Source of the DNA: Catajapyx aquilonaris
Taxonomy: Eukaryota
Assembly: GCA_000934665.2 (NCBI GenBank)
Contig: KZ538429.1
Coordinates: 1 to 64,000 of the forward strand
Direction of reading: 5' to 3'
Length of the DNA stretch: 64,000 nt
Under the pieces are notes generated by a model. The model worked only from the letters and a program-made list of their open reading frames with translations, was not told where the DNA came from and made no database searches. The position numbers were made by a program, and so were the translations under genes. This document shows positions 51,301 to 64,000 of the stretch, piece after piece. Position 1 is the stretch's first letter; the number at the start of each line of letters is the position of its first letter.

Positions 51301-54160
51301 TAAATTAAATTAAGCTTGTTTCACTGAGCACAAAATCGTTTGTCCACGAACCCAGCGTAACCATTGTGCATCTTGTCAGGACCATTTTTCATTCAGTCGA
51401 CAACTTCTTGTCACATATGTCACAGCATCCGTGACTCATCTCTGCGTCATCTCTGAACATGCTGGTAACCGAAAAAAAGAAAGAACGGTGACAAAGCGGA
51501 AGTGAGTAATTATATCCTGCAAAAAAGTCAGGCCGGACCGGGTACTGGCCAACTCCAATTTGTTTCGAGAGTTACGGTAATCCGAAAGGTAATTACAGGC
51601 AAGGCCATGTATGCGCTGCCAAGGTGCTCCAGAAAATCTTCGGCAAAGACCTTGCCTTATCCTAACGGTTCCCCTTTTACTGTCCGATCAATTATTGCTC
51701 CAGATCAGTCATTCTGTCAACCCGTTTGGCCACATCTAGTAGCTTCCATCAGGAGCCTGTGCAGCACAAATTTTTGCGAGGTTTGGCAATTAGGATGGCA
51801 GCTGTGAGTGACTTGCTCCCAAAAAGTGAAACCCCCAGCGTGAAGAGACAACAACAACAAACATCATTTTTGTTGGAAACCTGGTCCAGCTGGGTCAGCC
51901 CCAACTCCCTTTACCGTAGTCAGTGTCCAAGGTCGCCTTTGAAAAGAAAAAAAAGGAGTGGAGAAAGTCTGGAGAAATTCGCCATTGCACCTTTTCCGGG
52001 GGGACTGACTAGCACGGAAGAGTATGCAGGACATTTGCCAGAAAGCACTAAACCTCCCTGTCCCTATGCTCTTTAAAGGCCCCCTTCCAAGACCTACCTC
52101 ACCTGAACCACCTGTCTTCATTTATTACACCAACGCGACGCTTGACTACTTCCACATCTAGTCAGGTCTGATGGCCAGCAAAATAGATCTGAATCAGCAT
52201 GGAAGCTGTTCACTCGCTGTAATATAAATAGAGCCGCTGTAAACACACTGCCTGGCCATTTCCACATGCTGGTCGAGTTACGATCTGGTAAGTGAATTAC
52301 TGTATACAGGGGCTCCTTTCATTAATAATATTTTGTCATAGCTCATAACATAATAATTACTATGCAGTAACCGATTTTCTAGCAGGAGAGGAATGGTTCC
52401 GGTCAATTTCAAAGCCCATGCTCATTCTCTTTTAATTTTAATTTTACACTAGTTCTTCCTCCCAACCACCAGAGGCGCAGAATGGGGACCAATCCGGAGC
52501 CTCTGTCACACAACGAAGGATTTAAATATTATAGATTTCGTTTAAAAAAATAGAACTGCCACGCCATAAAGAGCGTTCAAAGTTGCATTCCCTTGGCTAA
52601 TTTCGATTTCAAGTCAAGATCAGCATTGAAAATCGCACAATGTGGCTATTTCTGGCTGTTATTGGTCTCTTGCCCCTACCCATGAAGAGACTGATGAGTG
52701 CGTAACCATGAATTTGGAGTAATGGGAGAGTGTCTCCGATTAGGATGATCCTTGGCGGTGCTAAATCCAGAAGAGGGAAGGAGGCATGAGGATCCTGGCA
52801 CCAAGAATCCAGTACAGTAATCGCTGCTGCTGCTGCTGCTGCTGGAGGGTTAGGGGGTGTTCTTGGGGGTGGGAGGAACCAACTGTTATTTTTAGCAAAA
52901 GACTAGTAGCGAGGATGAGCTGTGAGTTGAGAATCAAGGCGTCTATGAGCCATGTCCTCTTCACGCCTTGACGGACCAACTCATCAGCTCGTCTTTCCTT
53001 CACATCTCGCGCGCTGTCCGATGGATTTGCCAAAAATGCCTACACGGACATTAGCCTACCACCGAACGACCTTCCTCTGTCACCCCTCCTTCTCACCAGT
53101 CCTCCATTTCATTCTGTATACATTCTTGCAGAGTGCGTTCATTGTTCTGGAGCACAAGAGGCATTCATTTGGCTTTTTTTTAAATAAATATGGTGCGCGT
53201 GTGTAGTGGGAGTATTCCACTAGGTTCATACGGAATATTGTCACCTGCTCTCACTTTTTTTTCCTACAAATGGCCATCATTAAAATTTCTTGTTGAAATT
53301 ACAGTTAACAATGTAAACTTACTGTACTAGGGCAGAATGTGTCAGAACTGTATCTTAAAATAGTGTCTTTGAATCACTGCAATAATGTATGTATTGCCCC
53401 CACCTGCCTCCCGCCGACAAGCCTGCCCCCCACTATCTCCCCCAAACACAGGAATAAAGGCTTCTGCTTACGCGATAGATGGCTACGCGCGAAAATAGTC
53501 CCCAAGAGTGCCAGAATAGCCCAGATTAATATCCTTTGATTTAGACCTCTAAAGCTCTACTGTGATAACAATATATTAAACTTTAAAATATTCCGAACAT
53601 GACGTGCAATTGTTTTTATCGTAAGACACAGACCTTGAATGGCAATAGAATATATATTCTAGGTACACGTATATTGGCACCATTTAAAAATTCACTCAGC
53701 CCCCCTCCACCTCGACTCTTCCATGTCCCCCATCCAAATCTAGCCCCGCCATTGGCTGGGACTGTCGGGTGGGGGATTCTCAATTTACCTCGCCGGTACC
53801 TATACAGACAGTAATATGTGTAATATGTAGGCCTACATTTTGAAAAAAAAAACTTTAAAAAACTCTAATGGCCGTGATTCTATAAACAATAATTCATCGC
53901 ATGCCTGGTGTAAGGGGGCGTGATTCTTAATAATAAAGGAATACCCGCCTAAAAATAGAACACTGTCATTTCTAGGCTGCTGTTAGGCCACGATCTCACA
54001 TTCCATAAACGGTAGTCGCGTGCATAAGATTACAATCGACAGTGTGACCTTACCCAGTTGCCTGCATATTAATTATTGCTGGTTTATCCGGAGGCGAGTC
54101 AGGAAGCCAAAAGGCTCGATTTGTTAATAAAAAACTGTGCTTTTAATATTAAAATATCAA

Positions 54161-54466
54161 GGGAGGGGGGGAGGGGGCTGGTGGTCTAGTGCCTATGCTA
54201 CTGGCCAGCCAAGCGGGAGGTCAGGGGTTCAAATCCCGTCACCTTCGCTTGGTCGGGTCTTTTTCCGCTTTTCGCCCGACATGTCCGGGAAGATTCGCAC
54301 TCCCTTCTTTGCCCAGGGCCAGGAGAAAAGGTCTGGTATTTAAGAGGGTCAGAAATGACTAGAAACTATAACAGCTCCCTGCCTTGGGAACCTCCCCTTC
54401 CCCCCACGCCCAGGGACCGGGGCGTTTCAGCTGCAGGATGTATTGTATGTATGCGATTAAAATAAA
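54161..54466 (+). mobile_element. tRNA-derived SINE
   Basis: A-box-like tggtctagtg (54182-54191), B box ggttcaaatcc (54226-54236), A-rich end. Confidence 0.6.
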
Positions 54467-54517
54467 GGTCCGTATAATACCTCATGTGAGGTCCACGCTA
54501 CCCAATATTAATATTAT

Positions 54518-54627
<110 letters not shown>

Positions 54628-57600
54628 TCGATTTCTAGAATGTTTTAAAGCACACCTGCATACACAGATACATACAAGTGAATACTGCAGTTTAAATCGC
54701 AGTTAGTAACAACAGCAATCTTCTAACAAATACCAGGTGCATTCAAAGAGAACATTAGTACCGGTAGTGAATATAAAGTGCCAAATGAAGAATTCTTGTT
54801 GTATCATACTGTATTCGACTTTAAAGCAGGTTTTCTTTGCTACTCACAGCCAAATAAACCTTCACTTTCTGGAGGCAATTACTTGTCTCTTCAAGCTGCC
54901 TTCACCATGTACTTTTTGAATGTCATTTTTTATATACCCCAGGAAAAGTAATTTGCAAGAGTTTCAATTGAAAGAGTTTGTCAACGTACGAAATAATATT
55001 ATGCAGATTTTCTGAGTTAAGTCATTTATAGTTCGAAATTGTGGCGTGTGCGGGCAAACGAATCCAGTTTTTGTGAGTAAAATTTACTTTACAGTATTAG
55101 TGCATGGTCTATCTATACCGCCAAATTTTGTTTTAAAGTTATTGTTATCCATCTGGTGTGAGCGTCTCTCCCAAAGTCCCATAGATGTAGGTCTATAATG
55201 TTGGTAATAAATAACTATCGGTATACAGTATGCAAAATATGTCCTATTATTAGGGAATCCCCAAACTAAAGCCATTTTAGACTCTTATAAAACCGCGATT
55301 CTTTAGTCCTGGAGTTGTGAAATGGGTTGGTAACAGGGGTGGGCGCAATTAATTTGAAAATCAATTACTAAATTGAATTAATTGGGCACTCCCATTCCAT
55401 TCAATCCCATTCGTCTTAAATTCGCCACAATTTAGTTCAATTCAATAAAATTTGTCATTCAATTGCGATTCATGTTACTCTTTTTCATAGTGGAAGTTGT
55501 TGAGGATTTTCTTGAAATCAGCCAATGATATACGGTACTGTAAGCCACATCCGCTTGCATCAATCAAGAATGGCTTCTTCTCAATGGCTGATTGGTTCAG
55601 GTGGCCAACAGAAGTTCCGAATTTAGCTGCAGACTTAGGCGCCCCAACTATAACACATGAAAATACCATGGACAGCCTGCAGGTATAACTAATGATACTT
55701 AATAATGTAACCAATTATTTCGTTAAGTGAAATATTAGTTGTCAGAAATAGTAAAAAGATACTGAATTTCAAGTTTGGAATGAAATCAACCTTTCTCTCT
55801 TTACAACTGCATAATTAACGACCCGACTTTCTCACACAAGTGTGACTTTTACCTTGCACTGTTCCCAAAGTGCATATACAAAATTATATATTACCCTTTG
55901 AAGCTTTTGGAGAAATCCTTGAGAAACCGCATCAACACAAGCAAATATCAACATAAAAAAGGTGGCACTCAAAATGTGCCCTATAAATTAGCGAGCAACA
56001 CATGAAACGTTTCGACATCCAAACACCGTGGGCAACTCCTAAGTAATTAACACTTTAGCCTATTTTTCGCCTGCCACTAATGAGTTATGAAATAAATAAT
56101 CGTTGTAACCCAAGGGGTAATCCGCCCAAGTAGCGTACCAATCAATAAGCTATACAGTGCCATTTGACTATGAATTTCAGTGTAGCTTCTAGCCTTGAGT
56201 GCCTTAGGGTGATGCTTGGAAAGCTGCTGTGGAAGAAGTAAAACAACCCCTACCGTTGACACGCCCCTATACACCCCCTAAAAAAACAGTACTCCTTGCC
56301 CACAGTAAAAAAGTGCGTCTTTGGAGGTGAATAGCCGTGGGACCAGACCCTGAAGCAAAACGCAGGACTCAAACACACACGGTGATGAGCACGCCAATTA
56401 AAATAACCCACATTGTGGCTTTAAAGGCTGGCCTAAAAGTGGCGCCATTATTTTTAAAGCCAGATGACAGATCTGGACCGCAACCTTGCATTCAGAAATG
56501 TCGTCCAATTTGTCCCAGGCCTTGTTGAAAGGAACGGTAATTGTTAGTTGGGATAGACCAACGGGTCGGGGGGCCCTAAAGATGAATAATTAGGCGAAAA
56601 GGAGGGGCAGAAAAAGAGATATAGGAATATATGTTTCCTTGGCTGGCTTGGCTGGCTGGGGTTTCACTTTCCCTTGCCCATCGCCTCGTTTAGTGGAAGT
56701 GACAGCAGCAACTGTGTGTCTGTCTGTCTACCAACCAACGCCACTCTCCTGGCTACGCATCTCGGCTTCATCTCCATGCAATTTCTTCTAGGGAGAGATA
56801 TACAGCCTGTCTCGGGAAGCGATATGCCTGCGGTTCGTATTAACGCATGGCATCATTGAGAAAAACCATTTTGGGCTTTTAAGACTAGCTCGGACACCCC
56901 CAATCCCTTTGTCACGCCTGCCACACTCTCTCATACGCCATTCTCTCTCCCTTCAAAATTGCTCGTGGTTTCACACTCATTTGTAATATACTCCGGGTAA
57001 ACTGTTCCTACATGTCACACTTTAATAATTAGCTGTCGTGTGAGTAGAGTTGTGTTTAGCACCCATCAGATTATACAGTAAACAAATACATCAGCTCATA
57101 AAATAACCTGCAAGTAGTTATTCATGTGTTCAGTGCTTGATCCCTACAAATTGCGGTGTCACATATTCACTTTCATCTTTAATGCTTCACACAAGTTGTG
57201 CAGAATTGCCTATGCAAATTCAGAAATTGATGAGTATACACAAGCCTCAAAAACTTGATTCAATATAGAGTGCAGTAGTTAGCGTGCAGTGCCAAACTAT
57301 GTGAATTGCAGCGATTCATGTTGAATATTCTCAAAGTTTTATATGTGCATGTCATTAGCATATAACAGTTAGGACTCCCTCAAGTGCGTTAGCGTGTTTC
57401 CTGTTGAACGCCCCCTACGCTTTTCCCAAAACTCCTATTTCATAATTCACCATTTCATTCACAAGGAGAGAAAGGGCATGGTTGGCGTAAGTGTGAACCA
57501 AGGTTCTTCCTGAACAGTTAAAATGGTGCGATAATGACATAAATGTGTCGAGAACAAACAAAAACGTCCCATTTATTCCAATTCTAAAATATTGCCATTC

Positions 57601-59182
57601 ACTCTCTACTGCAGGATTTGTCCATCACATAACAGGTACAGTTACACACAACAACCAGCATGTGCCATGAATCAAATAACTCCTCGTGATCTTGGTCAAA
57701 AAAGAACCAAACTTCCTTTCACTTGGCATTCACGATATGGGGTAACTTTAAAGAAATAAAAATCAGATTTTGCCACTGCCAACTCTGGACTGAACACGAC
57801 TAGAAGCGGGATAACATCTTAAAACTACTCGTAAAGTCTGATATGTTGTAATATACATCCTAATTCAGGCACCCAAGTTTTAAAATTACTGCACTTTCTG
57901 ATGCTGCTGCACCTTTTATAAGCGCCTCTATTAAAACTATGCAGATGTGTCGGTAGCAAAATAATAACCTACATTATCAAGACTCAAGAGTCACGTAATT
58001 AAAATGCATTAATTATTTTAAAGCGACAATAACACTAGTTACCATGTCAGCCCACGTGTCTTTGTATGTGTGTAGAGATAATAATAGGATAGGACTCAGC
58101 TAATTAATCATCGTCCCCAATCGCTTTGGATCGTGGCTGATGAAGTGTAGAAAGGAAGTTTACAGCCCACATGACCTTATAGCCTAATGGAATGCCGCTC
58201 CATGCATACCACACTGTGTCTACAAGAATGAAAAGATGGACCGATAACGACGTTATCATACGTGTACACTACGCGACAAATCTCGCGTACCCTTGGTACT
58301 TATTCATCGTCCTCAGTGTTTATCGTTGTAGTCAATGACCACACTCGTATTCTTCATCATCTTATGCAGCTTTGGCTGATTGGGAATCTGGTCATCCCTG
58401 TCATCATTTAAAACCCGCGCGCTATTCGGACCCGTCACAGGTGGATGCACCAGGGTACACCAAATTTGTCAGGTAGTGTACAGTACCTACGCAAGTTGTG
58501 CCACTTTAGATACGCCTAGACATATTTACTTACTTGCTGTACAAGTATTTGTCTACCTGCACGCAAGAACTTTCATTCTGTTGTATAACTGCTCTAATTA
58601 ATTAGCTTCGAGCTTACGGTAGGAGGCACATTTGGTACGAATTGTTGCACAGCATGCACTGCCGTTAACTATATGAATGGGAATTACAACGTCCCTTTCT
58701 GGACTGCGGAGGTGTACAAAAGTCGATAAGAATGTCACGCATTACGAGCTGATTAATAGATCCCCAAGCAACAAATAAGAATAAGGGAAACCCTTTGGGA
58801 CTTTAACTCTTGAACGACGACTTTCATGGGAGGATATAACGCTGGGAAATAACGGGCGAAATCCTCTAGTGCTTTCGTCGTTACTCTGCATATGTATTGT
58901 GGAGCCACCCAACCCAACATTTAACAAATTATATGAATTTTTGACAGTCCGTTTCATACTGTATATAACCTGAATCATTTTACTCTTCCGCTGGGAGTAC
59001 GCGTAATACTCAAGTAGGTCTATGAGTATAGATAGACGAACCAGATTTTCCTTTAAAACGTTTCCAAAAATTATGTAAGATTAAACATTTTAATTGACGT
59101 TATTTTGCTTCCCCTAGGATATTCTATTCCAGAGTCCTTTCCATTAGAAAACAACTGCATATCGTATATTAATTTTTCTCTC

Positions 59183-59475
59183 GGGCAGACGGTGTGCCGC
59201 TGCGGAAACATACGCGACCACGGATGTGAAGGTCCCGGGTTCGATCCCAGTCCGGGGACACCCCCTTCATCTCGTGCAGAGTTTAGGTCGTCTCTGGCTT
59301 CGTCTCGGGTGGAATCTCCAATAGACATATCCACCCGGGGGAGTTCACAAAATGTACCCACATCAGTCCGCGCACTGCACTTTGCACATCCCCCACCTGG
59401 CATCCTGCCCGTGGGCCCGGGCCCTTCAATTAATAGGCACCAATTGTACAATAATAATAATAATAAATAAATAAA
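59183..59475 (+). mobile_element. tRNA-derived SINE
   Basis: B box ggttcgatcc (59238-59247); (AAT)/(TAAA) tail. Confidence 0.7.
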
Positions 59476-59501
59476 TGTCCGTGTGATATACCCCCATTTG
59501 G

Positions 59502-59567
<66 letters not shown>
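59502..59567. repeat. (ATT)n microsatellite
   Basis: Directly visible. Confidence 0.95.
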
Positions 59568-59568
<1 letters not shown>

Positions 59569-62500
59569 TCGCAAGAGTTTCTGATAAACAATATTAAAGG
59601 AAAGAGGTGCTGAATGAACTGTATCAATATTCAACAAAATATCCGACTAGTTCCCTAAGCGTTACGCATATGAAAAGTTTTTTTTTTAAAAATAGTTGAG
59701 GATTTCGTTCAGTGCTGGTCCTATTCTGGTCCACTTTTCCCCCCATTGAGAGCCCGGAAAATACGCCAATTCATCAGTCGAGGAGTAATTTTACGAGCCC
59801 CACAATAAAGAAGACAAGCATCGCGTGGTCATTTTCAGCCCATTGTAGTCCCAGAAATAGGACAAGCTCACGTCTAAATCGTGACTCCAGGTAGGCCCCA
59901 GAACATACCGTCTACAAAAACAAATCTGAAGGCAAGCCTGAAGGTCGGCTTCCTCCACCCCCCAAACCCTCTCTGTCCTCCCTCACCCTCTCATCCTTCT
60001 AACCACCTCTATACTGATGCATTTCACAAGATCACAAATTCTACACAGATAATTACCAGCTAAGAATTCCTTCCAGACAAGAGATGTGTGTGCGTGCTGC
60101 AGGTACACGTAGGGCCTCTCAGAAATTACACACTGACGAAAAAAGAGGAATGGAGATAACATACTCCCAAAAGGGATAGGAAAAGGAGGGGAAACAGGTG
60201 AGGGGTAATGAAATTCCACCAAATTGGGATGTACTGACTTTCTCCGACACAACTGCATTCCAAAAGGAAAATTTTTGCACACTGGATTAATGCCAACGTT
60301 ATAGCCGTTCTCGTTTGCTAACGAGTTTTCACGAGGGAGATGGTGAGAATGAGATAGCATATACCTTCGCCCCTTTTTTAATGACACATTCATAGCGTTG
60401 CGCATTGAGACAATGTACTCAAGTTGCATGTCCAGAATGACGAAAATGTCGACGAGAATATTCAAATGAATATCTCTGGAAGACAGAGATCTATTACCGG
60501 TCGCTTTTACAGGGCATTGTTAAATTTTGCTTTCTAATTTTTACACCGTGACACTTGATGAACCCGGCAGGTAAGTGTAAAACTACACCTCCGACTGGTT
60601 GGTTTGTGGTTTACTCGAGAAGTCGCGAAGTTACTCCGGGCTTTTGAAGCATTGAGGTGAAGGAAGCTGACAGTGGCAATTATGTGAACGGTTTTTGTCA
60701 CATGTGCCAAAACTGGATGCACATACCAAAATCCCACAACCATGTTAATGCATGGTTATATTTAAATATGTGTTTAACCGTGTGGAACAAGTTACAGAAA
60801 TAAATGTCCACGATGATGATGCTAAAGAAAATTTACTGGCAAGAAGGGACTTGTGTGTTTTTTTCCTCAAAAATACCGATCCCACTTACACTGCAATAGG
60901 GCAATATAATGTCGCTGTGTATTTATACCATGAAAAGTAATGCTTTCTAAAATCAATCCCTGTGAGACTTGGTTATTTTATGAATATACAGTACGTTCTT
61001 CGTTATAATATAGAATATTCCGTTCACTTCAGGTTCCGGATGATCGCACTGCCAATGTCATTTAGGGGGAAATCAGTTTTAAACAGTGGTTACAGACGAT
61101 TAGTTACCTCGAACTAGCATGTGTAGGCTACCAGTGTCTGCAACGAGCAGAAAAACACAACGTTACTGAAGCTCATAGTAAACATAAAGCAAATTCAGCC
61201 CAAGTACAAGTGATGGATGTAAAGTGTCCAGAATGCCTAACAACCCTTAAATGCAGTGTCTCAGACGTCCTTGGTTTTCCACCCAACTAATAACTGACGG
61301 GGCATGTCTTACACCTTCCTGTTCACACTTGGATGGACCAGTGACGTCATTCAGTATGTGCTGAGAGAACACTCGAAACAAATGACGAGACGCCTCACAC
61401 CTATGACTCACTCTCATTGTTTTACATAAAAAATCGTGCGGAAAAAATTTGGTTTTCATGTGTCAGGTGAAAATTCTTGCGAAATGGAACCCCCCCCCCC
61501 TCCCTCACTCTTTTGTTCTCGCTACACTAGGCCGTAGAATAAACACGCTGGAGGAATCCAGTTTAATTGGATCCCGGCCTCGCTTTTGTTTTACACGCAG
61601 TCTCGTAAATATTCCAGGTCTTTTACGTGCTTAGTAGGCCTCCACGAAATCTCTTCCTGGTTGGCTCCCACTTTTTGGGCAATTCGCACATGAAAAATTG
61701 CTCGCGAATCCCAGCCATGTAACGGCGACCGAAACGAGGATCACTGACGAAAAAACGAGCATGAACATCACGAGAAACGACACTCCTCATTTTATAGTCA
61801 TTGCGGCGCCACACGTGATACTGCAAATAAAAGTACGCATTAAGACCCTCCTCTCGTGAACCATCCATCTCAAAATGTGTGTCTCAAACCGGTTTGTTTT
61901 TCTGGCCCAAATTGACTCCTTGTCTTTGCACGCTACTGTAGGCACTTAAATGATCACGAAAGGTAGATGCAAGAAGAAAACGCCAATTAAAAGTCTTGTT
62001 ATGCAACTTGATATTGCAAGAGCCTAACCACTCAACAGAACAACAATAAACCTGTCAATACAGGAACAGCAAGAACGCGGCGCTGTTATCCATTAGCTGC
62101 TTAGCGACTAGTCTCTACTGAAAAACCATGTTCTGCGTTAAAGATCAATAATATACCGGTATCTACCAATTGTCAATACTGAATTTTTCAAAAATGTCAT
62201 ATGCAGTTCAACACTGGTTTAGATTCGATAGAGAGTTTTAGGCTACAGCAAATATTAGGTTGAGACGACCCATTATTTTAAAAGCCTGAATCGATATCGA
62301 TGTCAAGTGTTCCAATTGCCCATTCCCAATAGGAAATTTCTTGCAATACTCTGACTGAATTGGTGATTCAGTTTGCCCTAATATTAACAACTAATAATTT
62401 TGATAATCACTAAAAGTCACCACTTCTTCCGCTTAACAATAAGCAGCACAATGCCAAAAATAGCTAACAATTTTTTCGCACTTACAGTACTTTGACGAGA

Positions 62501-64000
62501 TTTGTTTCCGTATATCATAGTAAACGACTCAGTTTGAAATGGAAACCTGAACTGCAATGATTTCCCAATTTCAGGAATTGGCCGCTTTTTCCTGTTGCGA
62601 GTGACCTGATGCAAATTTTTTGCACACTTAGCCCAAGTACACACACGAAATGTCATGAATAAGTGAGGGAAAGTTGTGCAGGAAAGAACCTTCTCCTAAA
62701 AGAAATGCTAAGTTCAATCTGATAAAAGTAAGTTCGGAGATCCGAGGTCAAAGAATTGGGGGAAAGGTCACATTAAAGCAGCCTAGCAGCATAGCAGCGT
62801 CCCAGTGGCTTTAATTCAGGTGATCCTCACCTCTACACCCAGTATAAAGGGACCTGATGTTGTGTAAAATTACGGTTGGTCCGTCTGTTCGGTGATGGGG
62901 GCCTCTTTTGAGAAGGTTTCGTGACCAAATGGAAGCGGCTACTGTAATTATCGCGTTATTCCAAGGATGCTGAAAGACCCTCAACCCGTGAAGCCAGTCT
63001 TAGATGCGCCTCGTCAAAGGTCACTGGGCCCTCGAATTTTCAGGCCTTCAAATAATAAATTGCTCCTTCCTCACTTACAACCATTCATTTCTTTTATTGC
63101 TTATTTGCCAACATGATTTCTGATTGTGTGTTTTCTCTTCCCTCTTTGTACCTTATATTTCAACTGGTTATACGTCTCATTAGTTTTTGTCATCGTACTA
63201 AAGTCGCATTGCGAACAGTCTCCTTGCGTGGAATGAAATCACATGATTGTACAAACAGGCAATAAATCATTAGCCTACTATTTTTCCTTGATATGTCTTC
63301 GGATGATCATAATTTATTATAGGCCTGTACCTACAATGCCTGACTCAATCTACTATAACAAAGGATATGGGCAAATGTCTAAGTTATTATTGAAGTTATT
63401 TGGAATTAAACTGATAACCAAGTTGCTTAATAGCCTGTGGGATCACTTACAATTTTGCACGATCAACACTAAACAGTGATAATACCATTCATCGGAAGAA
63501 TACTGCCCCTTGGAAAAAGTATTACGGTTTAAAAGCTAGTTTTTCATGAACATAAATGATAATGCTAAATAATTGTGCCGTTGCAAAGTTGCGCAACCAA
63601 ATTAACTACATAGCCTATACTGTACTTTAGGATAAGGTATATCTACTACATTTTACTGTATAAACGTACAAGATGGTTGAGAATATTGAATCCTAAGCAT
63701 GTATTCTGCATAGTTATAAGATTTTCTCATTCATATCAGGAACACATTTTGCCTGTGCTGCATACGCATTGTAACATTGAAGAGCAATGTACTATTAAAA
63801 ACACATATTAAGTCGCCTACGTGTACAGTACAGTACAACCAATTCAGAACCAATGCAATGAAAAGTTCCTTCTACAGCGAGAATATAATATATGATTGAA
63901 CTGCGAAGTGACGTGCTAAGTACCATATCACATAGAATTCCGACACGTTTCCCCAATAATTAAAAATGAACAAGCACTTTCCAACATATGAGGGCTGTTA

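Overview
This is animal genomic DNA, most likely an arthropod or insect draft assembly with short N gaps. It holds two convergent, intron-split genes. (1) On +, the last four coding exons (252-873, 1401-1591, 5738-5899, 6523-6761) encode the 7TM region and C-tail of a relaxin-receptor-like type C LGR GPCR, closest in motif content to insect Lgr4; its ectodomain lies upstream of the window. (2) On -, an LMO7/LIMCH1-family gene (Drosophila smallish-like) has 11 phase-compatible coding exons from 23293 to 8624, about 1299 aa. It contains a WQSNLDNW..RRK segment, coiled coils, internal peptide repeats, a C-terminal LIM domain and a PDZ-binding tail (KFSRV) on a 23-nt last coding exon. The remaining ~40 kb (24-64 kb) has no convincing CDS and looks like a large 5' intronic/regulatory region with candidate non-coding exons. 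The window is rich in small mobile elements: tRNA-derived SINEs (one with a V-SINE-like core), Tc1/mariner fold-back derivatives, hAT/P-type, PIF/Harbinger and piggyBac-like MITEs, and nested insertions. I see no clear novel multi-gene system. The most notable oddities are a one-base frame disjunction at the apparent smallish/LMO7 start, a sharp CpG-depleted domain, and abundant TA-xxx-TA motifs resembling transposon excision footprints.
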